From the IMG/VR virus record IMGVR_UViG_3300021256_000056, positions 1 to 64,000 of that record: a stretch of DNA of 64,000 bases, one strand, 5' to 3'. Positions 31,857 to 41,502 of this stretch are shown piece after piece. The position numbers and the translations under genes were made by a program. Origin of the DNA: a virus (lineage: Duplodnaviria > Caudoviricetes). The notes under the pieces were generated by a model that had not been told where the DNA came from, searched no databases, and saw only the letters and a program-made list of their open reading frames with translations. Numbering within the stretch: position 1 is the stretch's first letter; each line of letters starts with the position of its first letter.

Positions 31857-32385
31857 CGTATGTCTGTCTGTTCTTGTCTTTATTTGATAATAGAATACTT
31901 TCTTGTGGGAGGCACCAAATAACATTGACGGTCTTGTCGTCCCACGCAATTCCATTCTCAGATTCGGGGTGATAATAGTTATCACACTTATATTGAAAGA
32001 TGGCTTCTTCACTTAATACTGCAAAGCCATGGGCAAATCCCTTGGGAATGAACAACTGTAAGTGATTGTGCTCGGTTAACAAAACAGAAAAATACTGACC
32101 ACGTGTCTTACTATGGGGCCGTAAATCTACCGCGACATCTAGTACCGCACCCTTCACGACCCGTACTAATTTGGCCTGTTCATAAGGCGGATTTTGAAAA
32201 TGTAATCCCCTAATAACACCAAACGAGGACTTGCTTTGATTATCTTGAACTGGTTTAAAATTGATACCAGTTAAACTCTTAAACTCCTCTTCACTAAAAG
32301 ACTCATAAAAATAACCGCGTTCGTCTTTATATACGCTGGGTTTTAATACGAAAACCCCATCAATGTCTGTCTTAATTGCCTTCAT
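31831..32385 (-). CDS. rmlC: dTDP-4-dehydrorhamnose 3,5-epimerase
   Basis: DERGYFYE, QDNQS, RGLHFQ, FAHGF, YKCDNYY. Confidence 0.95.
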   Translation of the reverse strand: MKAIKTDIDGVFVLKPSVYKDERGYFYESFSEEEFKSLTGINFKPVQDNQSKSSFGVIRGLHFQNPPYEQAKLVRVVKGAVLDVAVDLRPHSKTRGQYFSVLLTEHNHLQLFIPKGFAHGFAVLSEEAIFQYKCDNYYHPESENGIAWDDKTVNVIWCLPQESILLSNKDKNRQTYDEYISNGS

Positions 32386-32791
32386 TTTCTATGGGCTGTT
32401 CTTGTAATTCTTGAGCAGTGATTTCTGATTCTTCCCCAGGGACATTCTCGTTCTCGTTATAAAGTTCAAAGAACCTCCAAATTTCAGGCCCCCATAATCC
32501 AAAGGTGTTTTGAGGGTTAAGCTCGGTTATGAGCACTTCCATTTGTTCGAAAGGTTCACTTGTAAAACCGTCATAAATTTCAACACAAGACAAATCACTT
32601 TTTACAAGGAATGTGGTTTTATCAATTTGAAACCTGTCACCTAACTTAACAATCCTGTCGGTAAACTTCTTATCCTCTTTCGTGGGGTCATAATAAATTA
32701 AATAAACTTTCGCCATTTCTTTATTTGTTTTATTAAAAAGTAATTATTTGCGTTGTTAAAATCAACAAAAACCGTAGTTTCCTACGGTTTT

Positions 32792-33547
32792 TTAAAGGCT
32801 GTCTGGTGTTTCGAACATCGGATAGGAACAATCAAGTATTGTCTTGTCTTTATACTCGAATACTAGCGAATTGTTGACGGGGTAATATCTTTCATTAACA
32901 AAAGACACGTTCGCCATATAAGTATCGCCCACTTTGGAGAAATTGTGATTTCCACTATGAATATGTCCACAGAAGAAAATGGTCGGCTTTTTTTGCAAAA
33001 TTGCCGAGTCTAAAATTGTATTACCCGCTTGCGTGCCCTGATTGTATCCTTCCTGAATAAGTCCCAGGTCTCCAAGTGTGGGAGCGTCATGACTGATAAG
33101 AATATCAAGTCCCTCGGGTATTTCAGAATACTTTCGCTCTAGCCTGTCATTAGGAACCATGAAGGCCCAACTCCCAAATATCTTGCAATATGGTGTTCCG
33201 AAAATCTTAACTGATTCCTCACCACGCTTAAATTCGTATCCTTCATTTTTGAGCATCACTAACCGTCCCTCAGTTATTTCAGTAAAATCTTTTCTTTCTT
33301 TTTTGGAATAACGCTCAGGTGCAAAATCATGGTTTCCTGGTATCATAACCACCTTAGAATTTTCATCTTTAAATGGCAGACCCTTTATCCAATCAACAAA
33401 CTCTGTGCGTAACCATCTGTCTTGGTAGGCAAAATAATGGTCGTGTGCAGGACAAGCGTCCCCACAATGCAAGAGCAGGTCAAACGGCTCATTAACCACG
33501 GGTAAATACCCGTGTGTATCACTAAATGCTATTATCTTCATAATCAA
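32792..33547 (-). CDS. metallophosphoesterase
   Basis: SDTHG, HCGD, PGNHD, SHDAP, GHIH. Confidence 0.88.
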   Translation of the reverse strand: MIMKIIAFSDTHGYLPVVNEPFDLLLHCGDACPAHDHYFAYQDRWLRTEFVDWIKGLPFKDENSKVVMIPGNHDFAPERYSKKERKDFTEITEGRLVMLKNEGYEFKRGEESVKIFGTPYCKIFGSWAFMVPNDRLERKYSEIPEGLDILISHDAPTLGDLGLIQEGYNQGTQAGNTILDSAILQKKPTIFFCGHIHSGNHNFSKVGDTYMANVSFVNERYYPVNNSLVFEYKDKTILDCSYPMFETPDSL

Positions 33548-34496
33548 AAATCAATGGCTTGTCAAATGTTGCAATTTGGTCCTCAAAATAGAATTTCAAG
33601 TCCCTTGGGTCGCTGGGCTTTTTCTTCCAATATTTATATACCTGAGGATAAAATATTGCGGAAACACTCTTTAGTACTTCCTCGCCAGTATTTAAATTTC
33701 TCTTAATATAACAATCCACGTTATTTCCCCTTGCGTTTGTCACTTTCATTTTTTCAATAGTGAAACATTCGCCACGAACCTTGAAACCGAAAGTATTCTC
33801 AATGGCGCTTTCAATATGGGTAATATCTTCTCCCGAAATAGGACTGTCTAGTTCCCAAATAAGTTCATCACTCTTAAACGCAACGACCTTTCCGTTAACC
33901 TTGCTAATATATCCCCAATCAATGCCAAGAATCTTTGACATCATATAATGTTCCACATTTATGGTGCGTTTCGGATTGAGTTTTCCGAAAATAACTTGAC
34001 GTGTATACTTGGATTTCTTGAAGTAAAATGATTTATCATATTTATCAATGAAATCTTCATACGTTGCATCTGAAATTACGCCAGCATACTTCAGTGCCTG
34101 AAAATTTGCCTTCTTAAGGTCTAAAGATAGGAAAGTTTTACCAGCGCACTCTTCGTTATAGATATTTCTATCGGGGTAATTTCTAAGATTGGGGGAAATC
34201 ACATATTGACTCATATCACATGAGTTGAAATTCTTATATTCTTCAGAACTCTCTAGCGTTTTGATAATAACATCCCTAACCTGAGCATAATGCTCAAGCC
34301 AGAGGTCCATGTTACCACCATAGTCTTCGTTTATTTCCTTGTTAAGTGCTACCCACTCATCTTCGGGCCAAATACCACCTTTATATATTGTGTGGTAGTA
34401 TTCAAACATATCATCATTGAATATGTTTATAGGAAGGTTGAAATCTTTAGAAAATCTTTGATTTATACGTTCTTTACCAGTCATATCCGTAAACAT
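33522..34496 (-). CDS. hypothetical protein
   Basis: long ORF with SLDLKKANFQAL, RQVIFGKLNPKR. Confidence 0.65.
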   Translation of the reverse strand: MFTDMTGKERINQRFSKDFNLPINIFNDDMFEYYHTIYKGGIWPEDEWVALNKEINEDYGGNMDLWLEHYAQVRDVIIKTLESSEEYKNFNSCDMSQYVISPNLRNYPDRNIYNEECAGKTFLSLDLKKANFQALKYAGVISDATYEDFIDKYDKSFYFKKSKYTRQVIFGKLNPKRTINVEHYMMSKILGIDWGYISKVNGKVVAFKSDELIWELDSPISGEDITHIESAIENTFGFKVRGECFTIEKMKVTNARGNNVDCYIKRNLNTGEEVLKSVSAIFYPQVYKYWKKKPSDPRDLKFYFEDQIATFDKPLIFDYEDNSI

Positions 34497-34788
34497 TTTT
34501 AGAAGTCGTATCTTCTTCGGGTTTATAAACAACAACCACAGTATCACGAACGGTCTCCTTTTGGCAGACACAGTTGGGGTCATGAACTATCCCGCCGTCA
34601 TATCCCGCATAGCCTCCATTACAAGACCTAAACCATATGTATTGGTGCTCCTCGAATTTAAATTTAATTATTTCATTGAATAGGTCTTTTGTTACCTCTT
34701 CCCTTTTGGTAACGGGCGTTTGTTGTGGCCCCGTAACACAAGAAGATAGAAATAACAAAGTCGCAATAATTATGACAATCTTTTTCAT
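34474..34788 (-). CDS. lipoprotein
   Basis: lipobox LSS-C. Confidence 0.6.
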   Translation of the reverse strand: MKKIVIIIATLLFLSSCVTGPQQTPVTKREEVTKDLFNEIIKFKFEEHQYIWFRSCNGGYAGYDGGIVHDPNCVCQKETVRDTVVVVYKPEEDTTSKNVYGYDW

Positions 34789-34997
34789 ATTTTTTCTATT
34801 GTACATGTTGAGGATGAACTATATGTTATTTCCCCTTCGGGTATGGGTTTAACACATTCAGCACAAGCCTCGGGGCTTGTGTATTTATCCCTCTCAGCCA
34901 TCATACTGGCTAATTCTTTTTTGTGCATTTCATGTACATATTAAATCGTTCTTCCCATGTCTGGGGAACAATTTGAAGATAATTTGTTTGTTCCATA

Positions 34998-35219
34998 TCA
35001 ATAACGGGAAAGCCACGCACCGATTAATATCAATACTACCACAAGGATAATAAATAAGGCAAATCCACCCCAAAGCGGTGCTGTAATCCACCACCACGAC
35101 CAATCAATGACGTGTGTAAGTTTAAGCACAAGGAGTGCTATAAAAAGAAGACCACAGAATCCTACGCCACCGCTTGCAGTTGCTTTGCTTGAGCTGGAGT
35201 TGTTAATATAAGTTCCCAT
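34998..35219 (-). CDS. small membrane protein
   Basis: LKLTHVIDWSWWWITAPLW, a common phage transmembrane family. Confidence 0.75.
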   Translation of the reverse strand: MGTYINNSSSSKATASGGVGFCGLLFIALLVLKLTHVIDWSWWWITAPLWGGFALFIILVVVLILIGAWLSRY

Positions 35220-35556
35220 TTTTAATATTATTTAAATAAAATTTATTATATGAATCTAAAAGACTAAGTATATTTTGTTTCCCAACAGGATTTTGACTCT
35301 GACTATGGTATTCTGGCAGTGCCAACCCTCTGTCGAGGCAATAATCAACAAGAAAATTTGCACATTCCTTCCCGTTTTCATGTTCCCCAAGGTCATGGTC
35401 GAACCATATCTCATCAGGTAGGGCATATTTTGTTATAGCGTTTTTAAACTCTTCAAAGGTCTTTAACCACATAACAGTATCACCTTTTCGCCTGTTGAGA
35501 AAAACTTTGGGGTCTCTCTGGTCATCAAGCCAATATATAATCTTGGGTTCAAACAT
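35203..35556 (-). CDS. cyclic-phosphate-processing receiver-domain protein
   Basis: WLDDQRDP...FDHDLG...NG...SQNPVG. Confidence 0.8.
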   Translation of the reverse strand: MFEPKIIYWLDDQRDPKVFLNRRKGDTVMWLKTFEEFKNAITKYALPDEIWFDHDLGEHENGKECANFLVDYCLDRGLALPEYHSQSQNPVGKQNILSLLDSYNKFYLNNIKNGNLY

Positions 35557-36070
35557 GTCTTGTTAAAATTTTTCTCGCCTTATCAATATGCTCCTGGGTT
35601 ATTCCGTGTCTTCCGTCTACCCACACAAAATTCTCTGCCTGTCCTAAAAGCATATCTTTGTCATCATCAAAAATCACATATTCATAATCTACGCTTGAAG
35701 GAAGTATGTAGTATTCCATGTCATCTTTGTAAAGCCACTCATTACCGTATTTTGTGCCTATCCCTTCGCAATGTTCTTGTATCCATTTTTCAATTTCATT
35801 GCCTCTGCAGAGCCAATTCTGGTGAAAATGTTCGGTATGTCCAACAATAGGTAGTTTCAATCCAACATCCTGCAACATCTTGTCCGCCGATTCGCCCCAT
35901 GAAGAAGAGATGACAACTTCAGCACTGATGTTACTTAAAGAATTAAGCAACTCAACCACCCTAGGGTCGCAATCGCCGCACTTATAATTCTTCTCCACAA
36001 CACGGTTCTGGTAATACCAATCCTCGTGATTGCAGACACCATCTATGTCAAGGAATATGTACCTCTTCAT
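35549..36070 (-). CDS. HAD domain protein (RNA-repair, Swiss-army-knife type)
   Basis: FLDIDGV, VISSSW, RGNEIEKW, YVIFDDD. Confidence 0.8.
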   Translation of the reverse strand: MKRYIFLDIDGVCNHEDWYYQNRVVEKNYKCGDCDPRVVELLNSLSNISAEVVISSSWGESADKMLQDVGLKLPIVGHTEHFHQNWLCRGNEIEKWIQEHCEGIGTKYGNEWLYKDDMEYYILPSSVDYEYVIFDDDKDMLLGQAENFVWVDGRHGITQEHIDKARKILTRHV

Positions 36071-36232
36071 GCTTATAAAAAATCTCGTTAAAATTTTCCT
36101 TGCTTTCTTCTAAGTTCCCGCATTTTGAACACTTGTATTCATATATTGCGGGATATGTCAAAAATACAGTCCCCGTTGGGACCATTTCTCCGCCACATTT
36201 TTCACAATACCCAACTTTTACTTCTTTTATTC

Positions 36233-36670
36233 TCATAACCATAAATTATCTTTCAATATTCTTGTCGCCATGGGACTAGCGTCAATTGCACCTATCCTAC
36301 CGCCAGCGTCCTCGTACCTTCTAAGAAACTGCGCAATTTCCATTATCTGTTGACGACCCATATTAATAAACTTTACATAATCTCGCTCTTTCCCTTTTAT
36401 GGAAATTACCGCCCAGGAATCTGTATTCTGATGGATATCTGCACTAATGGCTACCTTCCCACCCCCAAGCATATAACGAATATTGTCGAGTTCTTCCAAT
36501 TCCTCCGCACATGCCCACCTGCCAATCTTCCGAAGAATCCTACGAAAGAACTCCGAAACGGATTTTGCTAGTTTTTTAAAGAATTTACATGCCCACCTGC
36601 CAATCTTCCGAAGAATCCTACGAAAGAACTCCGAAATGGATTTTGCTAGTTTTTTAAAGAATTTCTTCAT
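36233..36670 (-). CDS. hypothetical protein with duplicated basic amphipathic N-terminus
   Basis: two copies of KFFKKLAKS(I/V)SEFFRRILRKIGRWAC. Confidence 0.65.
   Translation of the reverse strand: MKKFFKKLAKSISEFFRRILRKIGRWACKFFKKLAKSVSEFFRRILRKIGRWACAEELEELDNIRYMLGGGKVAISADIHQNTDSWAVISIKGKERDYVKFINMGRQQIMEIAQFLRRYEDAGGRIGAIDASPMATRILKDNLWL
36509..36664. repeat. 78-bp tandem duplication (2 copies)
   Basis: copies begin at 36509 and 36587 and are near-identical. Confidence 0.95.
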
Positions 36671-37116
36671 CGTATTTTATCTCTCTGTCTAAAAACTTTG
36701 TTATTGCCGCTTTGGTTTTAGGTAATTTTGCTATATTTTCCATTAGAATGTCTGTGATGTGACCAATATTCATTTTTATCTGGTCCCATACATCAATCTT
36801 TTTCTCCTTTTTCTGACACGGCCAATCAACTAAGACTATTTCATATTCACAACGTGCCCAAAATTGATACCTCGATTCATCTTCAACAAATTTAAGAAAG
36901 TCTTCTTTGGTTATAGGTAATTCCTTATATTTCTTTGTTTTGCAATTAACATATGCCCTAATTAAATATGGCATTATATCATACGCAACAAAGGCGTTTT
37001 TGTTTACATCGAAAACTATGACGTTAAATGTTTTTAACATATTATTTCCTATTTGTGGCAAATATACAAAACTTTTTTTATAAAACAAAAAAAGCGGAGA
37101 AATTCTCCGCCTTGAT

Positions 37117-37974
37117 TTAGAATCTAATATTGCAACAGTCATCAGGGTTACAGTTGTAATGCTCCTGCCAATACTTCCAGTGTTCCTCCACGTCTTCACA
37201 TACAGATTTTTCCTTGAATCCCGTGATTTTATCCAGGTATTCCTTCTTTAATTCAAGCGGGAGGTGTTTGTAACCAGAACTCTTGAGCGTGTACTTGGAA
37301 AGGTCCACAGGCGCATTGAGATTGGTAAGCCATTTCTCAATCCACGTATTAACCCGCAGAAACTCCACCAGAATTTTATCGCACTTGACGTTGTTAATGA
37401 TGTCGAGGTCAACAAAATCTGGAATAAACGGCGATAGGCGTAACGTCACGTCGAAACCGTTGGCCTGTAGTTTTTCAATGCCCTTGATTTTCTCCTTATA
37501 GGAAGGTGCACCTGGTTCAACACGCTTGCCAAGTTCTTCGTCGGTGTTGGTGACTGATACCTGAATATGAGCCAGCTTCTTATCGAGCACAGCCATATAA
37601 TCGTCTCTCGAAATGAGGTCGGCGTTCTTGGTCACAATAAGATAATGAACACCACGCTCATTAAGGGCCTTTATCGTTTCCATGGTAACGTGATAAGTAT
37701 CTTCGCAGTTCTGGAAACAGTCGGTCATGCCACCAAGCCTGACTACCTCCCCTGGTTGTAACTTCTTGTTGATAACTCGCTTGATTTTCTCTATGTTTGC
37801 CACTGATGGTTCGGCGGGATTCCATAACTTCCTGAACGCCAGAAGTGACCTGGCATAGCAATAACCACAATTATTGGCGCACCCGCAGCCGTAGGTATCG
37901 AGCCTGGTTGGATAGTGACATCTGTCACCCTCGTTGCCTTCTACTTTCTTAAAAAAACTATTAAACTCCTTCAT
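37117..37974 (-). CDS. radical SAM protein (spore photoproduct lyase-like)
   Basis: GCANNCGYCYAR, GGMTDCFQ, IVTK, RLSP. Confidence 0.85.
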   Translation of the reverse strand: MKEFNSFFKKVEGNEGDRCHYPTRLDTYGCGCANNCGYCYARSLLAFRKLWNPAEPSVANIEKIKRVINKKLQPGEVVRLGGMTDCFQNCEDTYHVTMETIKALNERGVHYLIVTKNADLISRDDYMAVLDKKLAHIQVSVTNTDEELGKRVEPGAPSYKEKIKGIEKLQANGFDVTLRLSPFIPDFVDLDIINNVKCDKILVEFLRVNTWIEKWLTNLNAPVDLSKYTLKSSGYKHLPLELKKEYLDKITGFKEKSVCEDVEEHWKYWQEHYNCNPDDCCNIRF

Positions 37975-38047
37975 CTTATTAGTGTTTACTAAAAGATAAA
38001 GGAGTTCGACAAAAAATCAATGCAATAATGAGATAAAATTACCTATG

Positions 38048-38136
38048 CGGAGGGTGGGAGATTCGAACTCCCGCGACCTTTAACAGCCCTACTGGTTTAG
38101 CAAACCAGCCCCTTCAGCCAGCTTGGGTAACCCTCC
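38048..38136 (-). tRNA. tRNA-Ser(GCT)
   Basis: cloverleaf, CTGGT-TTGCTAA-ACCAG, long variable arm. Confidence 0.92.
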
Positions 38137-38145
38137 GTTATTTTG

Positions 38146-38220
38146 AGCCCATGACTGGATTCGAACCAGTGAAAAATCGGTTTTGCAGACCGACCGTTTA
38201 GACCACTCGCGCACATGGGC
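38146..38220 (-). tRNA. tRNA-Cys(GCA)
   Basis: TCGGT-CTGCAAA-ACCGA. Confidence 0.92.
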
Positions 38221-38235
38221 ATAGTTTTTAATTTG

Positions 38236-38308
38236 AGCCGAGGACAGGAGTCGAACCTGCAACCCCCTGATTACAAGTCAGGTGCTCTACCATTAAAGCT
38301 ACCTCGGC
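38236..38308 (-). tRNA. tRNA-Thr(TGT)
   Basis: CCTGA-CTTGTAA-TCAGG. Confidence 0.92.
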
Positions 38309-38640
38309 AAAAACCTCGCGTATTTTTCGCCCCGCGAGGTGAGCTCCTTGCACGCCTATTTATATACCGTCCGCCAGAATTACGGTGGTGCCCCATTTTG
38401 GCGCCTTCGGGGCAATTGGGGGTTGGCCCTTCTGAAGAAAACGCTTTGCGAATATCCTCAATGGCGGCCAATACCATAAAAATAAGTCACAACATTGCAC
38501 CATCACGCCTTCCACGGTTGAATGTCGCACAGGTGGTTTCTATAATCTAATTTCAGCCGAAACTAGGCTTGCACCTGTGAAGTTTATCCGCGCTAACGTC
38601 TCCAGTTTATTAAGACTGGTGTGCTACTTGTGACTTTAAC

Positions 38641-38763
38641 AGAAAATCATTTAAAAGACTGGATTCGAACCAGCGTTTCCCCTGCTTTCCAGAGGCGTTC
38701 TGACCCCTAAACTACATGTCCGAAGTTTTGGTGGACACAGGTAAAACTTGCTGTTGGTTTTCT
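38641..38763 (-). ncRNA. ACAGCAA-helix RNA enclosing a permuted tRNA (acceptor 3' strand plus CCA first)
   Basis: AGAAAACC-AACAGCAA...TGTGTCCACCA-linker-GGACATG-D arm-stem-T arm...GATTTTCT. Confidence 0.7.
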
Positions 38764-38832
38764 TTATTTAAGAATATATCAAAATTGTCAAAAAATCAAT
38801 GAAAATGATAGATTTCTAATAAAGTGTCAAAA

Positions 38833-39321
38833 TTAAACTTTTAACCCGAATTTTTTGATTAAATAGCTCTTTTTTTCATCTTTGGGCATGGATACCATGT
38901 AAAGAAAATCATCACCGTGCTTATTGATATAAGCTTCTAATGTACAAATTGTTTTACAAGGAACGCCAGCAGCAACCGTATTGCTTGGTATGTCTCTGTT
39001 CACTACACTTCCCGCCCCAATAATGCTGTTATCTCCAATGGTTACTCCAGGTAAAATAACGCTCCTGCAGCCAATAAAACAATTTTTGCCAATTTTAATT
39101 GGAGCATATATTACCGTTTCTTTGTTTCCATTGGGTAAATTCCTGATAACCCTCGTAGCAGCATCGTGTGTCACAAAGGCGACATCAAAACTCACAGTTG
39201 TATTATCCCCAATCTCAATGAGATACGGCTCAGAGCCGAAATTGCATGTGCCCCCAAAACTAACGTTTTTACCAAGTCTTAAACCGTTGTTAACCGCTTC
39301 TTTTAAATTTGTTACATCCAT
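38833..39321 (-). CDS. hexapeptide-repeat sugar acetyltransferase
   Basis: FGSEPYLIEIGDN, IGKNCFIG, IIGAGSVV. Confidence 0.88.
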   Translation of the reverse strand: MDVTNLKEAVNNGLRLGKNVSFGGTCNFGSEPYLIEIGDNTTVSFDVAFVTHDAATRVIRNLPNGNKETVIYAPIKIGKNCFIGCRSVILPGVTIGDNSIIGAGSVVNRDIPSNTVAAGVPCKTICTLEAYINKHGDDFLYMVSMPKDEKKSYLIKKFGLKV

Positions 39322-39333
39322 AAATTATTGATT

Positions 39334-39409
39334 TGGAGCCCCATATTGGACTTGAACCAATAACCTCCTGATTACGAAACAGGTACTCTACCAATTGAGC
39401 TAATGGGGC
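39334..39409 (-). tRNA. tRNA-Thr(CGT)
   Basis: loop TTCGTAA; CCA encoded. Confidence 0.9.
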
Positions 39410-39414
39410 GAAAA

Positions 39415-40140
39415 CTATTCATCTTTGTCTTTTAGCGTTTTCTTTTTTCGATGAAACCTTTTACTATTCTTATTTAATGAGCCAAAGTTGGGGGTTAGGC
39501 TATGGCAATTAGGGCACAGTAGTTGCAAGTTTTCAATACGGTTATTTGTACAATCACCATCAATATGGTGAACTTCGAGAGGAACATTCCCCGTAAATTC
39601 GTTAACTTCGCCCCAGTGACATTTTTCGCATTTATTGTCGTGAAGGCTCATTAAGTATTCCTTAATAAACACTGGCACCTGTGAAGCTCCCCTCAAAAAA
39701 TTTTCTCCCCCTAGCCACCTTTCTAATTTGCTTATTTTTGGTGGGGTTTCATTTGTATATTCTTCGTATTCTCTTTCTGGAAACTTTGAACGTATGGAAT
39801 CTGAAATTTTTTTCTTGGTTTCAAAACTGCGTGGGCCACGTTTTACGTTATTATATTTCGCGGCACATGACGAGGAACAAAACTTATTGAATCTTTGTTC
39901 AAAACTCAATTTTCTCCCGCATTCTTCACAATACCTGGGATTTTTATCATATGTTTCCCTTGTTTGTTTGTTTTGATAATATTGTCCAGTAATATTCGCT
40001 TTCTGTTTTATCCTATTAATAAAACGCCAAGAAGCGCCATTGGGCCTCCTTCCAAAATAATTTATAACCTCTTTCTCGGAACAACATGCCTCGAACGCAG
40101 ATATTATTTCTTCAATAGAAATCTCTTCGACCTTTTTCAT
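39415..40140 (-). CDS. free-standing HNH homing endonuclease
   Basis: LEVHHIDGDCTNNRIENLQLLCPNCHS. Confidence 0.92.
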   Translation of the reverse strand: MKKVEEISIEEIISAFEACCSEKEVINYFGRRPNGASWRFINRIKQKANITGQYYQNKQTRETYDKNPRYCEECGRKLSFEQRFNKFCSSSCAAKYNNVKRGPRSFETKKKISDSIRSKFPEREYEEYTNETPPKISKLERWLGGENFLRGASQVPVFIKEYLMSLHDNKCEKCHWGEVNEFTGNVPLEVHHIDGDCTNNRIENLQLLCPNCHSLTPNFGSLNKNSKRFHRKKKTLKDKDE

Positions 40141-40203
40141 ACTCTTTTTTATAATAAATAGTATAAAAGGGTGAAAAAGTCAAGTCGAACCATTGTTTTT
40201 GTG

Positions 40204-40277
40204 GGTGAGTAGTCGGATTCGAACCGACGTAAACCACATCCACAGTGTGGCCCCTAAACCTCTCGGGCATACTCACC
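40204..40277 (-). tRNA. tRNA-His(GTG), G-1 genomically encoded
   Basis: CCACA-CTGTGGA-TGTGG; G-1:C73. Confidence 0.92.
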
Positions 40278-40418
40278 ATGTTTGCTGCATTAGTTATACG
40301 TATGCTGCCTGCAGCGAGCCCACGCATGGGTCCCTTATTCCGTTTCGCGGCTAACCCATGAACCGTCGTAGCATGTACCTGACTTCTGCTACGCTGTTCC
40401 TGTGCGTCAGGGTGGTTG

Positions 40419-40491
40419 AGCAGCGTAGCAGAATCGAACTGCCATCTCTAGCATGGCAAGCTAGTATAATCAACCATTATACGAACGCTGC
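40419..40491 (-). tRNA. tRNA-Gly(GCC)
   Basis: CTAGC-TTGCCAT-GCTAG. Confidence 0.9.
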
Positions 40492-40613
40492 AAATACTTC
40501 TTTTAGAACAACCCCAGAGAAGTTTAGAACTGTGCCGACCTACGATTCGGACGCTCATTTGACTTTCGTCAGGGAAGGCGCATCTTCGTTCCCGCCGCGG
40601 ACGGGCCAATAGA

Positions 40614-40889
40614 TTATTTAATTAATCGTTTCCGTTCTTCTTTGATAATCTCAAGTCCTGTTTCAATCTGTCTTAACCATTTCCCTTGTTCAGTAATTTT
40701 CGTCTCGGGAAGAGCATTCTTAAACTCGTTAAGGCTCTTTTCGGCATAATCACAGGACTCTTCGTCAAGTAAACTGTCCGCGCTAATTAAAGAAACATAA
40801 TAGAGGTTTAATAACCCAGTCTCGAACATTGTGTTGAGAAGAGTTATTATATCATTCCTAATTTCTTTTTCTGTTCTTTTCTTTTCCAT
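40614..40889 (-). CDS. hypothetical protein
   Basis: AT-rich ORF between tRNAs, start MEKKRTE. Confidence 0.6.
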   Translation of the reverse strand: MEKKRTEKEIRNDIITLLNTMFETGLLNLYYVSLISADSLLDEESCDYAEKSLNEFKNALPETKITEQGKWLRQIETGLEIIKEERKRLIK

Positions 40890-40891
40890 TG

Positions 40892-40963
40892 AGCGGGATA
40901 GCAGAATTGGACTGCCATCTTCAGCTTGGAAGGCTGACATAATAACCGTTATACGAATCCCGC
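40892..40963 (-). tRNA. tRNA-Gly(TCC)
   Basis: TCAGC-CTTCCAA-GCTGA. Confidence 0.88.
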
Positions 40964-40969
40964 AATTAG

Positions 40970-41042
40970 TTGTCGTTACCTGATTCGAACAGATATTTCC
41001 AGGTTCAGAGCCTGGCGTCCTCAACCGTTGGACGAAACGACA
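40970..41042 (-). tRNA. tRNA-Gln(CTG)
   Basis: CCAGG-CTCTGAA-CCTGG. Confidence 0.9.
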
Positions 41043-41422
41043 ATTTTAGTAATCCAAATCACTTCTGGGTGTTCTCCAAAAACCGTGTGTGTGACATTAC
41101 ATAGCCATACGGTTAAAATGGGGGCAGCGTCCTCAGAGACTACGGCATCCATTATCTCATTAAATAAATAGCCACTTAATGAATATGTTGCTCCATCATC
41201 ATCATGTTTAAGTCTCGTTAACTTCAATAAACACTGCTTCGGCTCATCAATATTTAGAATAAATCCCGATTCCATTTCAACTTCGAAAGAATCTTTTCCC
41301 TTCGAGAGCAGCTCACACATTTCATCGGCCCCTAAAACCATCTCATTATCTTCAAGACTATGCTCTGGAACGTCGGCATACCAACGCCCGTCTTGCTTGA
41401 AAAATTTGAGTTTCGTTTTCAT
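41021..41422 (-). CDS. conserved hypothetical protein
   Basis: WYAD.P...EMVLGAD...WLCNVTHTVFGEHP; ends inside tRNA-Gln. Confidence 0.7.
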   Translation of the reverse strand: MKTKLKFFKQDGRWYADVPEHSLEDNEMVLGADEMCELLSKGKDSFEVEMESGFILNIDEPKQCLLKLTRLKHDDDGATYSLSGYLFNEIMDAVVSEDAAPILTVWLCNVTHTVFGEHPEVIWITKIVVSSNG

Positions 41423-41426
41423 ATCG

Positions 41427-41502
41427 TCGAGTAGACAGGGCTCGAACCTGCATGAATCTCCACATCCCAAATGTGGCGAGGAACCAATTCCTCCACTACT
41501 CG
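41427..41502 (-). tRNA. tRNA-Pro(TGG)
   Basis: CCACA-TTTGGGA-TGTGG. Confidence 0.9.

Noticed and set aside
26277-32385. Bacterial chromosome origin suggested by dnaK and rml genes
   Set aside because: No grpE/dnaJ or rmlB context; the region is surrounded by dense single-strand phage-type ORFs, HNH genes and a phage-like tRNA array.
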